Positions 36,703 through 47,488 of a DNA stretch of 64,000 nucleotides are shown here, one piece after another (positions within the stretch are counted from its first letter, which is position 1; each line of letters begins with the position of its first letter). Position numbers and translations under genes: made by a program. Source of the DNA: an uncultured Clostridia bacterium (lineage in GTDB: Bacteria > Bacillota > Clostridia > Christensenellales > UBA1242); NCBI GenBank assembly GCA_944372675.1, contig CALVZW010000001.1, positions 137 through 64,136 of the forward strand, given 5' to 3'. The notes below the pieces were generated by a model. That model was not told the origin of the DNA. It did no database searches and saw nothing but the letters and a program-made list of their open reading frames with translations.

Positions 36703-38449
36703 ATTTAATTAAACCACAATTAGTACAACCTAAACGACAATCTCTTGTTGTCTTTTCGTTGCGAGAATTTAATCTTTCCTTTTTTAAATATTCTTTGCTT
36801 ACTCCAACATCAATATGTTCCCAAGGCAAAATAGTGTTTTCTTCTATTTCATCAAGATATTTTTTAAAATCAACATTTTTAAGTGCTTCTTGCCATTTTT
36901 CAAAATCAAACATTTCATTCCAACCATCAAAGATGCATCCTAATCTATAGGCTTTTTCAATAACTTTACAAAGTTCTCTATCTCCCCTTGCCAATATAGT
37001 TTCAATTAAACTTGTTTTGTAATCGTGGTAGTTATAATTAACTCCTATGGCACGAAGTCCATTCTTTAAATAATCAATTTTATTTAAAACATCGCTTTCA
37101 TCAGCAAATTTTTCAAATTGAAACGGAGTAAAAGGTTTAGGTACAAAAATACTTGTACTAACTGTAAGTTTTGGTCTTTTTTTTGCCCCTTTTACATTTT
37201 GGTAAACCAATTGTATTTTTTGGGCTAAATCTATGATGCCTTGTATGTCTTGTATAGTTTCAGTTGGTAAGCCAATCATAAAATATAATTTAATTTTATC
37301 ATAATTAGCATTAAATGCATCTTCAAGACTATGTAAAATATTTTCTTCAGTTATATTTTTATTAATAACATCTCTTAATCTTTGCGTACCCGCTTCTGGA
37401 GCAAATGTCAAACTTGATTTGCGACTTTCAAAAGAATATGCACCTTTAAAACTATCTAATCTTAATGAAGGCAATGAAAATTTTACATTTTTTAAAATTG
37501 GTTCATTTTTTAATTTATCCATTAACTCTAATAAATTTGGATAATCACCCGTTGACAAAGAAAATAAAGATAGTTCGCTATAGCCTGTATTTTGGATTAT
37601 ATTTGTTGAAATTTTGCAAATATTATCAATCGTTCTTTCTCTAACTGGTCTATAAATGTATCCTGCTTGGCAAAATCTGCATCCCCTAGTACAACCACGG
37701 AATAACTCAACTGCTCCACGATTATGTACTATGTCAATATTTGGTACGACTGGTTTTGACATATAAAATGCTTTGTTTAAATCTTGCACAATTGCTTTTT
37801 TAATTTTTTTATCATAATCAACTACTGTAAACTTATCTTTGTGTGTTTTATGTAGCATAGGAATATATATGCCATCAAAATCTTTAATTACATTAAAAAA
37901 TTCTTGCTTAGTCATTCCTTTACTATATACATTTTGAAGTTTTACATTAACTTCTTCACCATCACCCACAATAACAACATCAAGAAAATCAGCAATTGGT
38001 TCAAGATTAACTGCACAAGGGCCTCCCCCTATTATTATTGGGTAACTTTCATTTCTATCTTTTGCAAAAAATGGAATATTCGCTAAATCAAGCATATATA
38101 AAAAGTTTGTATAACTCATTTCGTATTGAAAAGTAAAATGTAAAAAATCAAATTTATTTAATTCAGTATGACTTTCCAAAGAAAACAATTTTTCATTTTT
38201 TTGCCTTAACAAATTTGCAAAATCTAATTTAGGTGCAAAACACCTTTCACAAAAACTGTTATCTAAACTATTTAATAATTCATATAATATTTTCATTCCT
38301 GTATGCGACATACCAACTTCATACAAATCAGGAAAGCAAAAACAATTACTTATTTTGTTCTTGTCAAAATGGTTAATGCTGTTAAATTCTCCCCCTAAAT
38401 AGCGAGAAGGTTTTTCAATTTTAATTAAATCACTATATTTCAAATTCAT
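36671..38449 (-). CDS. TIGR03960-type B12-binding-domain radical SAM protein
   Basis: 592 aa with a CTRGCRFC (CxxxCxxC) cluster motif. This is the usual partner of, or fusion with, DUF2344. Confidence 0.75.
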   Translation of the reverse strand: MNLKYSDLIKIEKPSRYLGGEFNSINHFDKNKISNCFCFPDLYEVGMSHTGMKILYELLNSLDNSFCERCFAPKLDFANLLRQKNEKLFSLESHTELNKFDFLHFTFQYEMSYTNFLYMLDLANIPFFAKDRNESYPIIIGGGPCAVNLEPIADFLDVVIVGDGEEVNVKLQNVYSKGMTKQEFFNVIKDFDGIYIPMLHKTHKDKFTVVDYDKKIKKAIVQDLNKAFYMSKPVVPNIDIVHNRGAVELFRGCTRGCRFCQAGYIYRPVRERTIDNICKISTNIIQNTGYSELSLFSLSTGDYPNLLELMDKLKNEPILKNVKFSLPSLRLDSFKGAYSFESRKSSLTFAPEAGTQRLRDVINKNITEENILHSLEDAFNANYDKIKLYFMIGLPTETIQDIQGIIDLAQKIQLVYQNVKGAKKRPKLTVSTSIFVPKPFTPFQFEKFADESDVLNKIDYLKNGLRAIGVNYNYHDYKTSLIETILARGDRELCKVIEKAYRLGCIFDGWNEMFDFEKWQEALKNVDFKKYLDEIEENTILPWEHIDVGVSKEYLKKERLNSRNEKTTRDCRLGCTNCGLIKFGGCGVTNKI

Positions 38450-38548
38450 AATATTTTTTCCTTAGGTTATTATAACATACTTTTTTTAAAAAAACATATC
38501 ATACTTATAAATACATAAAAAAATCATATAATAAATGAGAGGTGTAAA

Positions 38549-39580
38549 ATGAATATTGTACTAACTGGTGGCGGTAGCGCTGGACATATAATACCAAATT
38601 TAGCAATTGTAAAAGAACTTAAAAAACACTTTGATAATATATACTACATTGGTAGCAATAAAGAAAATGAAAAAAAATTGGTGGAACAATATGGAATAGA
38701 ATATTTCGCTATCACTCCCCCTAAATTAATTAGAAAATTTACTTTAAAAAATTTAACTATACCTTTTAAACTAATAAAATCCATTAATGAATGTAAAAAA
38801 TTATTAAAAAGTTTAAATGTTGATGTTATTTTTTCAAAAGGTGGTTATATATCTCTCCCAGTAGTAATGGCTGGTCATAAACTAGGCATAAAAGTTTTAA
38901 TTCACGAATCAGATACTTCATTAGGACTAGCAAATAAAATTTGTAGTAGATATTGTGACAAAATTTTTACAACATTTCCAATTTATAGCAAATCAAATAA
39001 AATCATACAAACCGGTACACCTATTCGAGAAGAATTTTTAAATCCTCCACATAAGCAAAATTTCTTCAAAAATAACAAAAAAACTATATTAGCTGTTGGT
39101 GGTAGTCAAGGTTCAAAAACAATTAATGAATTTATTTACCAAAATATTGATGAATTAACAAAAAATTATAATATAATTCATTTATGTGGCATTAATAAGT
39201 TAAAGCAAATTAAAAATGATAGTTATTTACAAATTGAATTTTCAAATGAAATGCCTTTACTTATTAATAGTAGCGATATTGTACTTACACGCGGTGGTTC
39301 AAATGCTCTTTTCGAAATTTTAGCAATTGGTAAGCCAATGATAATCGTTCCTTTAACTAAAAAAGAATCACGCGGGGAACAAATTGAAAATGCAAAATTT
39401 TTTACTCAACATAATTTAGGTTGTTATATGCCAATCTTAGAACTTAATTCATTTATTAATTTAGTTCAAAAACAATTAAATAAAACAAATCAAATACAAA
39501 CATTAAAAAATAAAAACACTTATTTACAAGGAAATGAAAATGTTGTGAAAGGAATTTTACAACTATGTAAAGCAAATTAA
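38549..39580 (+). CDS. murG: undecaprenyldiphospho-muramoylpentapeptide beta-N-acetylglucosaminyltransferase
   Basis: TGGGSAGHIIPNLA, GGSQGS, TRGGSNALFEILA..P.IIVP, 343 aa. Confidence 0.88.
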   Translation: MNIVLTGGGSAGHIIPNLAIVKELKKHFDNIYYIGSNKENEKKLVEQYGIEYFAITPPKLIRKFTLKNLTIPFKLIKSINECKKLLKSLNVDVIFSKGGYISLPVVMAGHKLGIKVLIHESDTSLGLANKICSRYCDKIFTTFPIYSKSNKIIQTGTPIREEFLNPPHKQNFFKNNKKTILAVGGSQGSKTINEFIYQNIDELTKNYNIIHLCGINKLKQIKNDSYLQIEFSNEMPLLINSSDIVLTRGGSNALFEILAIGKPMIIVPLTKKESRGEQIENAKFFTQHNLGCYMPILELNSFINLVQKQLNKTNQIQTLKNKNTYLQGNENVVKGILQLCKAN

Positions 39581-39611
39581 ATATTTACTTTTTATAAAAG
39601 ATAGCAAAAAT

Positions 39612-39669
39612 ATAATACACTAAATATGGTGTATTATTATTTTATAATACACCATATTTGCTTATTATA
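39612..39669. repeat. palindrome doublet, locus E
   Basis: ATAATACAC-TAAATATG-GTGTATTAT at 39612-39637, linker TATTTT, then ATAATACAC-CATATTTG-CTTATTATA at 39644-39669. The right arm of the second unit is decayed, and its centre is almost the reverse complement of the first unit's centre. Confidence 0.88.
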
Positions 39670-39680
39670 CATTATAAATT

Positions 39681-40523
39681 TTATTCTTCTTTCAAACTTT
39701 CTTTAATTTTTTTCATTAAATCTATTGCTAATGGAAAACCGCCTTCAAAACTTTGAGCCAAGTAATTCATAGATTTTTCCAAATTAACTTCAACACCCTC
39801 GCCTTTTGCATAAGCAAGCGCTAAAAGGTATTGTGCTCTTAAATCGCCATTATCTGCAGAACTTGTCAATAAAGTAATTACTTCTTGCGAAAAAACATTG
39901 TTTTGAGATGTTGCGCATAGTTGTATTGCAACTTCATATTGAGCAAACGGAGACCCTAATTTTGCCGCTTTTTTAATTAAATCCCAACCTTTAGTAATAT
40001 CTCTTTGAACTATCACACCATTATCTGACATATAAAATGAACCGAGCATATAGACTGCATTAGGATAATCGCTTTGAGATAGTTTTTCAAATATTGCAAA
40101 TGCTTTTTTTTCATTTTGTTCAATGCCGAAACCAAACATATAGCAAAGTCCTATTCTAAACTGTGCCAATGTGTTGCCACTTGTGGCTGATTGTTGTAAA
40201 CAATCAAATGCTTCTGCTTGGGCGTTATTTTTAAATAGGTAAACAGAATATTCAATTAGCGATTCTGCTTGCCCTTTCTTTGCTAATTCTTGCCATATCT
40301 TATATGCTTTTTCTTCATCTTCAATAATTTTGTAACCAGCATATAAACAACACGCATATTTATATTTATCAAAATCGCTACATTCATTTAAATTTAATTT
40401 TGTAGGTTCAAACTTGTCATATTCATTTGTGTTCCCTAACAAATAATATGATTGGACTTCATTTAAAAAAATACTTTCACCAGTTTTTTTAATAGCCATT
40501 AAATCTTCTTTGCTTATTCTCAT
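39681..40523 (-). CDS. Sel1/TPR-like repeat protein
   Basis: Repeated A..y.LG.my..G.Gv..n..kA patterns. The ATG at 40523 follows an AGGAG SD. The ORF-track start at 40529 is a GTG inside the SD. Confidence 0.65.
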   Translation of the reverse strand: MRISKEDLMAIKKTGESIFLNEVQSYYLLGNTNEYDKFEPTKLNLNECSDFDKYKYACCLYAGYKIIEDEEKAYKIWQELAKKGQAESLIEYSVYLFKNNAQAEAFDCLQQSATSGNTLAQFRIGLCYMFGFGIEQNEKKAFAIFEKLSQSDYPNAVYMLGSFYMSDNGVIVQRDITKGWDLIKKAAKLGSPFAQYEVAIQLCATSQNNVFSQEVITLLTSSADNGDLRAQYLLALAYAKGEGVEVNLEKSMNYLAQSFEGGFPLAIDLMKKIKESLKEE

Positions 40524-40610
40524 ATACACTCCTAAGATAAATTTCCATGCTTATCTTACTTAATAAGTATATCACATTATTTAAAAAAAACAAAATGATA
40601 TAAAGTACTT

Positions 40611-41453
40611 TTAAATAATATCTTTTAAAAGTTCAAAAGAATCAAATTTAGTAAATAGTTCGTCTAAATTTTTTTCCATTATAACTTTTTTTAATTTGTT
40701 AGATTTGTCATAAACTACAAAAATAGTATAGTTTTGAGTGTTAACAAATTTAACTAATTTATAAAGTGGCATATCTTCAGAAACTGCTACAATATTAACA
40801 TTACATCCTTTTTTAAAATTTTTTTGCAAATCTTTGCTAAATATTCTGCGTTTGTAAACTGCGTTCTTATTAAAATTAAATGCACCCGTCAATAAAAAAA
40901 TCGATACTAACGCCATATAAAAAAGTGGCTCGATAAAAATTGACACTATAAATACACCAAAAAATAATAATGATAATGTTATAGCAGTTACACTAACAAT
41001 TTTTTCAGTTGTTTTAGTATCCTTATATTTTGAAATAATTGCTCTAAATACCCTACCGCCATCAAGCGGAAATACGGGTAATAAATTAAACACAAATGTT
41101 ATAAAATTGCTAAAAACAAATAAATCAGTGTAATAATATGTTATTGGAAATATCCACCATAAAGATACACAAATTATAATTAATATTAAGTTAACTAATG
41201 GTCCAGCAACTGCAATTTTAATTTCGTCGCTTGGTGTAAAATTGTCGTCTTGTAAACTAAGTTCCGCACCAAACGGTAAAAGTGATATTTGTTCTAATTG
41301 ATAACCAAGATGCCTAGCAACTATTGCGTGTCCTATTTCGTGCAAAAGCACAGTTACTAAGTAACATAAAAATATTTCCCCTACACCAACAAAAAATGTT
41401 AATATTCCAATAACTAAAAACAATGGGTGTATTCTAAACTTTAATCGTTCCAT
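40611..41453 (-). CDS. site-2 protease family (M50) membrane metalloprotease, SpoIVFB-like
   Basis: HEIGHAIVARH (HExxH) and NLLPVFPLDGGR motifs in TM helices, plus a soluble C-terminal domain. Confidence 0.8.
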   Translation of the reverse strand: MERLKFRIHPLFLVIGILTFFVGVGEIFLCYLVTVLLHEIGHAIVARHLGYQLEQISLLPFGAELSLQDDNFTPSDEIKIAVAGPLVNLILIIICVSLWWIFPITYYYTDLFVFSNFITFVFNLLPVFPLDGGRVFRAIISKYKDTKTTEKIVSVTAITLSLLFFGVFIVSIFIEPLFYMALVSIFLLTGAFNFNKNAVYKRRIFSKDLQKNFKKGCNVNIVAVSEDMPLYKLVKFVNTQNYTIFVVYDKSNKLKKVIMEKNLDELFTKFDSFELLKDII

Positions 41454-42025
41454 TTTTCATCTCCTGAACTATTAAAGTTATCTATAATCTCATCTCCCTG
41501 TTTAAGATAAAATTGCATATCGCTTAACATCAAGGCAAGGGGTTGCCCTTTTCTTACATTATCACCGTTTTTTATTCCTAATCCAAATTTGCCAGAAAAT
41601 ACTGTACATAAATCTTCGCTATGCTTTATGGTTATTTGTGTAAAATTATCTACTAATTCTGTAATTTCTATTTCACCTTTAAAAGGAGCATATAAAATTC
41701 CTTTTGCACCAATTACAGTTATTATTCCACTATCATTAATAAAATTTTCATAGTCAGTTAACTGCAAATCATAATCAATAGGTTCTGTTGATACTAGACA
41801 AGAATTTTCTTTAAACAATACTGAAACTAATTTTACTCCACTTGTATCGTCAAATAGCTCTTCAGTTGGCTTTGCCGATTCTAATGTGGTTTTTATACTT
41901 TCAACTAAATTATCCCAAAACGAACGGTCAATTACATTAATTGTTAAACAACATATTCCAACAATTATTACAAAAAATATATTTTTGAGTTTAATAGTTG
42001 CAAAAATATTTCTAAAACTTTTCAT
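41441..42025 (-). CDS. membrane-anchored degenerate M23/LytM-domain protein, SpoIVFA-like
   Basis: N-terminal TM and a C-terminal LytM-like fold pattern (APFKGEI...GDNVRKGQPLA). I see no HxxxD/HxH metal ligands. It overlaps the downstream M50 gene. Confidence 0.55.
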   Translation of the reverse strand: MKSFRNIFATIKLKNIFFVIIVGICCLTINVIDRSFWDNLVESIKTTLESAKPTEELFDDTSGVKLVSVLFKENSCLVSTEPIDYDLQLTDYENFINDSGIITVIGAKGILYAPFKGEIEITELVDNFTQITIKHSEDLCTVFSGKFGLGIKNGDNVRKGQPLALMLSDMQFYLKQGDEIIDNFNSSGDEKWND

Positions 42026-42042
42026 ATCACATTTTATGCAAT

Positions 42043-42085
42043 AAAAAAAACAAATAGACTATACTTATTTTTATAGTCTATTTAT
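42043..42085 (-). terminator. intrinsic terminator after minE
   Basis: Stem AAATAGACTATA (42052-42063) pairs with TATAGTCTATTT (42072-42083). The A8 run upstream gives a U-run on the minus strand. Confidence 0.7.
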
Positions 42086-42100
42086 TTAGCATCCATTACA

Positions 42101-42355
42101 TTAATTTTTGTCAGGCACAATACCTACAATTTTTAATCTGCGTGCCAACGCACTTATATTTATGTTATATTCACCAAATTCATTAACTTGAATATTTACT
42201 TCGAAATCATCATTTTTTATATCAGCGTACTCTTTTAATACTTGATAAACTTCCGATTTTATTACTTCGCAAAATTTATCTGGTTTAAAGTGTTTATCAG
42301 TTGATAATGCTGATTTTACTCTATCTAATGCATTTGTAGTAATATATTTTTGCAT
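42101..42355 (-). CDS. minE: cell division topological specificity factor MinE-like
   Basis: 84 aa starting 3 nt after minD. The central pattern (VIKSEVYQVLKEYADIKNDDFEVNI) resembles MinE, but the N-terminus is atypical. Confidence 0.55.
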   Translation of the reverse strand: MQKYITTNALDRVKSALSTDKHFKPDKFCEVIKSEVYQVLKEYADIKNDDFEVNIQVNEFGEYNINISALARRLKIVGIVPDKN

Positions 42356-42357
42356 AT

Positions 42358-43152
42358 TTAAATTTTCCTTTTAATTTTTCGTTTTAAATATCCCCATAAT
42401 CCTTTATATTCGCTTTGAAAGTTAATAATTTTGTTTGAATTATATTGAATGTTTTCTGCCAACTGAGCAAAAGCCATTCCGGCTCTTGACTTTGATACAA
42501 CTGCTCCACCTGAGTTTAAACAAGTTGTTATGTTATCATCTTCAGGAATAACTCCAATTAGTTCAATGTCAAAAAGATGACTAATGTCGGTAATTGAAAG
42601 CATTTCATTACTAGCCATTAAATCACCTCTTGCCCTATTTATGACAAGTTTAGTACTAAATAATTCGTAAGTACTTAAAATGTCAACTACTTTTGAAGCA
42701 TCTTTTATGGCAGAAATGTGAGGTGTAGTTACGACAATTGCTTCAGAAGCAGAAAAAACTGCTCTATGAAATCCTAAATCTATCCCTGCTGGACAATCTA
42801 TCAAAATATAGTCAAATATGCTTGATAATTCATCGACTATAGATTTTATTTGTAATTTATTAATTTTATTTGAGTGTAAACTTTGTGTTGAAGGCATAAT
42901 GTATAGATATGGCTCATTATTATCTTGAATTAATGCCTGTTTAATTCTACAACGCCCTTCTATGCAATCAACAATATCATAAATAATTTGTTTTTCTACC
43001 CCCATAACAACATCTAAATTATTTAAACCGATATCAACATCAAGAATACAAACTTTTTGCTTTAAATGAGCAAGTCTTGAACCAAGATTAGCACATATTG
43101 TTGTTTTACCTACACCACCTTTGCCACTTGTTATTACAAATTTTCTTGCCAT
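42358..43152 (-). CDS. minD: septum site-determining ATPase MinD
   Basis: Deviant Walker A GKGGVGKTT and a C-terminal amphipathic helix (GLWGYLKRKIKRKI). The ATG at 43152 follows a GAGGTG SD. Confidence 0.9.
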   Translation of the reverse strand: MARKFVITSGKGGVGKTTICANLGSRLAHLKQKVCILDVDIGLNNLDVVMGVEKQIIYDIVDCIEGRCRIKQALIQDNNEPYLYIMPSTQSLHSNKINKLQIKSIVDELSSIFDYILIDCPAGIDLGFHRAVFSASEAIVVTTPHISAIKDASKVVDILSTYELFSTKLVINRARGDLMASNEMLSITDISHLFDIELIGVIPEDDNITTCLNSGGAVVSKSRAGMAFAQLAENIQYNSNKIINFQSEYKGLWGYLKRKIKRKI

Positions 43153-43406
43153 TTTCACCTCTTGCTTATTATAACATTAATAATGTTACGAAAAATATAC
43201 AATTTTGTTGCTAAACTAAAAAAAATGTAATTATTAAAAATTACAATTTTAAATAACTTTGTTATTACAAATAAAATAATTATGTTTTTACTCTAAAAAT
43301 TTTTAAAATAATAAAAAAATTTACTATCTTCTAGTGTTCCTTTTGATTTTATTTGTTTAATTTCTTAATAGTTTAACTTTAAAACTTTACTTTTTTAGCA
43401 ACGCTA

Positions 43407-43450
43407 ATAAAAAAACTCTTAAGCAAACATTAAAGTTTAACCTAAGAGTA
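43407..43450 (-). terminator. intrinsic terminator of rny
   Basis: ACTCTTA pairs with TAAGAGT around a structured loop. The A-run at 43408-43414 gives a U-run on the minus strand. Confidence 0.55.
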
Positions 43451-43501
43451 ATTACAAACTACTCAACTTTTTTAAGTTTTTATATAAATCAATTTAAAAC
43501 A

Positions 43502-45094
43502 TTATTTTGCATATTCAATCTTACGAGTTTCACGAATTACATTAACTTTAATTTGTCCAGGATATTCAACTTCTTGTTCTATCTTTTTAGCAATATCTTT
43601 TGCCAAAAATAGTGCTTCATCATCTGAAATTTCATCAGGTTTAACCATAATACGAATTTCTCTACCTGCTTGAATAGCATACGCCTTTTCTACACCATTA
43701 AATGAATTAGAAATTTCTTCAAGTTTTTCAATTCGTTTAACATAACTTTCAAGACTTTCTCGTCTTGCTCCTGGTCTAGCACTTGAAATAGCATCAGCAA
43801 CTTGTACTAAAATTGCTTCAATTGATTTAAAAGGAACATCGCCGTGATGTGCTTCAATACAATGAATAACAGCATCATTTTCTTTATATTTTTTTGCTAA
43901 TTGAACACCAAGTTCAACATGAGAACCTTCTAATTCTTGGTCAACTGCTTTACCTATATCGTGCAAAAGTCCACCGCGTTTAGCAGTTTCAACATCAACA
44001 CCTAATTCAGCAGCCATCATACTTGCTAAGTGCGAAACTTCCATTGAATGTACAAGCACATTTTGACCATAACTTGTTCTGTACTTTAATCGTCCTAAAA
44101 GCATTGATAATGCTGGGTGCAAACCGTGAACATCAACATCATAGGATGCATCTTCCCCAATTTGTTTCATTTCATTTTCTAAATCATTCTTAACTTTGTT
44201 AGCCATTTCTTCAATCCTTGCTGGATTAATTCTTCCATCTAACATAAGTTTTTCAATAGTTCGTTTTGCTATTTCGCGTCTTAATGGGTCAAAACTTGAT
44301 AATACTACTGTTTCAGGTGTATCATCAATAATTAAATCAATTCCAACTGCATTTTCTATTGCACGAATGTTCCTACCTTCTCTGCCAATTAATCTACCTT
44401 TCATTTCTTCGTTTGGAATTGAAATAGTAGATACGGTAATTTCTGCAGTGTAATCAGTAGCACATCTTTGTATTGCTTGAGTTATAATATTAATTGCATT
44501 TTTGTTAGCATTTTCTTTTGCTTCTTCTTCCATTAATCGAATTTCAGATGCAATGTTTTTACGCGTTTCATCTTTAATGCTTTCAATAAGGGCATTTTTT
44601 GCCTCTTCTTGAGTCATTTTGGACGCTTTTTCTAATTCGTGTGTAATATTTTGTTTTTTATTTTCTAACTCTTGCTCATAAGAATATAATTGATTTTCTT
44701 TTTGTTCAAGTTGTTGTTTGCTAATTTCTAATTGTTCAGCCTTTAATTCAAGACTTTGTTCTTTTTTGTTTTGATATTCTTCCCTTTGAAGAACTCGTTC
44801 TTCAATTCTTTGTATTTCTTGTCTTCTTTCTTTAATTTCTAAATCATTATCTGCTTTTAATTTAAAGATTTCATCTTTTGCTTCAAGAATAAGTTCTTTC
44901 TTTTGGGCTTTAGCATCATTTATGGCGTCTTCAATAATCTTTTTTGCCGATTTTGTAGCACTGTCAATTTTTTTCTGTATTATTAATTTATACAAAAAAT
45001 AACCGCCAACAACCCCTATAGCCACACAACCTAAAATTATTAAAATCAATGGGAAAACACCGATACTGATGCTATAAAGCATATTTATAGACAT
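43502..45094 (-). CDS. rny: ribonuclease Y
   Basis: N-terminal TM, coiled coil, KH domain ([11 protein letters not shown]) and HD domain (LLHDIGKA), 530 aa. Confidence 0.93.
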   Translation of the reverse strand: MSINMLYSISIGVFPLILIILGCVAIGVVGGYFLYKLIIQKKIDSATKSAKKIIEDAINDAKAQKKELILEAKDEIFKLKADNDLEIKERRQEIQRIEERVLQREEYQNKKEQSLELKAEQLEISKQQLEQKENQLYSYEQELENKKQNITHELEKASKMTQEEAKNALIESIKDETRKNIASEIRLMEEEAKENANKNAINIITQAIQRCATDYTAEITVSTISIPNEEMKGRLIGREGRNIRAIENAVGIDLIIDDTPETVVLSSFDPLRREIAKRTIEKLMLDGRINPARIEEMANKVKNDLENEMKQIGEDASYDVDVHGLHPALSMLLGRLKYRTSYGQNVLVHSMEVSHLASMMAAELGVDVETAKRGGLLHDIGKAVDQELEGSHVELGVQLAKKYKENDAVIHCIEAHHGDVPFKSIEAILVQVADAISSARPGARRESLESYVKRIEKLEEISNSFNGVEKAYAIQAGREIRIMVKPDEISDDEALFLAKDIAKKIEQEVEYPGQIKVNVIRETRKIEYAK

Positions 45095-45142
45095 ACCGAT
45101 TATTTCTCCTTAAAAATTATACATATTTCTATGTACAAGATA

Positions 45143-45171
45143 ATTGTATATTTTTTTTAATATTTTGTCAA
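45143..45171 (-). promoter_or_regulatory. rny promoter
   Basis: On the minus strand: TTGACA (45171-45166), a 17-bp spacer, then TACAAT (45148-45143). Confidence 0.6.
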
Positions 45172-45384
45172 GCAATTAGTTTATTAAATTAAATAAAAAA
45201 CTATTATAAAATTTTTGAAAGTGTCAGTAATAAAAAAATATAAGTAATTAAGTAATATTACCCATTGCTGATATAACTCTTAGACTATAATTTTTGTAAA
45301 TTTATATAAAAAAACAACATTATATTTTTAGAGAATTTTTATAAAAATATTTCTCCAACTAACATAAATGTTGTTTATTTTTTA

Positions 45385-46374
45385 TTATTCAATAACTTCA
45401 TACAATGATTTAACTTTTTCATTAATTTCATTGTAGACATCTTTATTATCAATTAAATATTGTTTTGCAGCCTCTTTGCCTTGACCAATTTTTGTATCGT
45501 TATAAGAGAACCAAGAACCGCTTTTTTGTATTATATTTTTTTCAACAGCAATATCTAACAAACTTCCTTCTTTAGATATTCCTGTACCATACATAATATC
45601 AAATTCTGCAACTTTAAATGGTGGCGACATTTTGTTTTTAACTACTTTTGCTTTTGTTTTGTTTCCTATAATATTTTCGCCAGCCTTTATTACATCTGCC
45701 TTTCTAATATCAATTCTTATTGAAGCATAAAATTTTAATGCTTTACCACCAGTTGTAACTTCAGGAGAACCAAATAAAACTCCAACTTTTTCTCTTAATT
45801 GATTGATAAAAATAACACAAGTATTTGACTTATTAATAATGCCAGTAAGTTTTCTTAATGCTTGAGACATTAACCTTGCTTGTAAGCCTATAAAACTTTC
45901 ACCCATTTCGCCTTCGATTTCCGCTTTAGGTGTTAATGCTGCAACTGAGTCAATTACTATAATGCTAAATGCTCCGCTTCTAACTAGCGATTCAGTAATA
46001 TCAAGTGCTTGCTCACCTGTGTCTGGTTGTGATAGATATAAATTTTCAACATCTACACCAATTTTTGAAGCATAAACAGGGTCTAAAGCGTGTTCAGCGT
46101 CAATAAAGGCAGCCAACCCGCCCATTTTTTGTGCTTCGGCGATAATATGCAATGTAACTGTAGTTTTACCTGATGATTCAGGACCATAAATTTCAATAAT
46201 TCTACCTTTAGGAACACCCCCTATTCCTAACGCGTTATCAAGAGTGAAACACCCTGTAGGAATTACATCAATTTTTTGATAAAATTTGTCCCCCATTTTC
46301 ATTATTGCGCCTTTTCCATATTGTTTTTCAAGGTCCGCTAATACTTGTTCAAGTAATTTGTCTTTTTCTTCCAT
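45385..46374 (-). CDS. recA: recombinase RecA
   Basis: GPESSGKTT Walker A and full-length RecA pattern, 329 aa. Confidence 0.96.
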   Translation of the reverse strand: MEEKDKLLEQVLADLEKQYGKGAIMKMGDKFYQKIDVIPTGCFTLDNALGIGGVPKGRIIEIYGPESSGKTTVTLHIIAEAQKMGGLAAFIDAEHALDPVYASKIGVDVENLYLSQPDTGEQALDITESLVRSGAFSIIVIDSVAALTPKAEIEGEMGESFIGLQARLMSQALRKLTGIINKSNTCVIFINQLREKVGVLFGSPEVTTGGKALKFYASIRIDIRKADVIKAGENIIGNKTKAKVVKNKMSPPFKVAEFDIMYGTGISKEGSLLDIAVEKNIIQKSGSWFSYNDTKIGQGKEAAKQYLIDNKDVYNEINEKVKSLYEVIE

Positions 46375-46414
46375 AGTTTACTCCATTTTTTAGAACATAT
46401 TTTTCATAAATACA

Positions 46415-47488
46415 TTATACAACATAATTTGAAATATTCAAAGCATTTTGACGAAGTTTTTTAATTAATTCAAAAATTACTGTATTTGTTGCATAATTTA
46501 TTGTAAATTTTTTATCTACAACTGCTTTATGTTGATAAACATTAACTGCATTTTTATCGCCTATTGCAGTAAAAAATACAACATTCCCATCTTTAGTTTT
46601 AACATTAAAATCGCCTACAGCTATTAACGACATATCACAATTTGTTTTATTTAAAAGAGATGTTGCCATTTCGTAAGCAGTTTCAGCACTTACCATTGAA
46701 TATTGATTTAAGATTTTTTCATCCACACCTAAAATTTTATTTATAGAATTTGGTGAATTAACTATAACAGATTCTTCAATAATATTTTTTGAAATTTTGT
46801 TTTGATTAATTATTGTACTAGCAATATTCCCACCTGTAAATGTTTCGGCAACACTTATTTTTAAATGACGCAAATCTAAAATTTCATAAATTGCTTCTGC
46901 TAATTTTATATCTTTTGACGCATAAAATGCCTGTTTTAAATCTTTAACAAAAGTAGATACAATATTATCTTGAATGGTTTTATTAATTGATGACATAAAG
47001 CGGAAAATAATTAAACTATCGCCATATGAATTTTCAACAGAGTATTCAAAAACATTATTTGAGTTTTTATATTCTTTTAAATAATTGTTTAAGTTAGTTT
47101 CAGAAACTCCAAAACATTTTATACAATAATTGTCATAGTCGATTTTTAAATTATTCTTTAAAATTGTTTTAAATTTTTCAAATGATTCAAAAATATCTAA
47201 ACCTACCACAATAATATTATTTGCTGGACTTATAAAAATACCATCACCACAATCTTGCATTTGGTTTAGCGGTACGAGTAAAGAACTAGCATTTTTATGT
47301 TCATCTTCGACAAAAATTGTTAGCCCTTTTGAAAATGATTTGTAGTCTATTCCTAACAAATCATTTACAACTCCAAATTGTGTTATATCTAAACCAAGTT
47401 TAAAAAATTGCTTATGTAATATATTATAATTTTTAACAATCCATTTGGCTTTGTCGTTTCCCATAACCACCAAAACTGATGTATTCAT
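46415..47488 (-). CDS. cinA: CinA-like competence/damage-inducible protein (divergent N-domain + PncC-type C-domain)
   Basis: The C-terminal SVAETFTGGNIAS...VSAETAYEMA pattern matches the CinA/PncC domain. The gene has the pgsA-cinA-recA synteny. Confidence 0.7.
   Translation of the reverse strand: MNTSVLVVMGNDKAKWIVKNYNILHKQFFKLGLDITQFGVVNDLLGIDYKSFSKGLTIFVEDEHKNASSLLVPLNQMQDCGDGIFISPANNIIVVGLDIFESFEKFKTILKNNLKIDYDNYCIKCFGVSETNLNNYLKEYKNSNNVFEYSVENSYGDSLIIFRFMSSINKTIQDNIVSTFVKDLKQAFYASKDIKLAEAIYEILDLRHLKISVAETFTGGNIASTIINQNKISKNIIEESVIVNSPNSINKILGVDEKILNQYSMVSAETAYEMATSLLNKTNCDMSLIAVGDFNVKTKDGNVVFFTAIGDKNAVNVYQHKAVVDKKFTINYATNTVIFELIKKLRQNALNISNYVV

Noticed and set aside
43159-43501. A 340-bp intergenic region upstream of minD with weak AT-only hairpins (43180-43197, 43226-43245), considered as a possible sRNA.
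   Set aside because: The stems are short and all A/T, no promoter-terminator pair is evident, and there is no conserved structure I can recognise.
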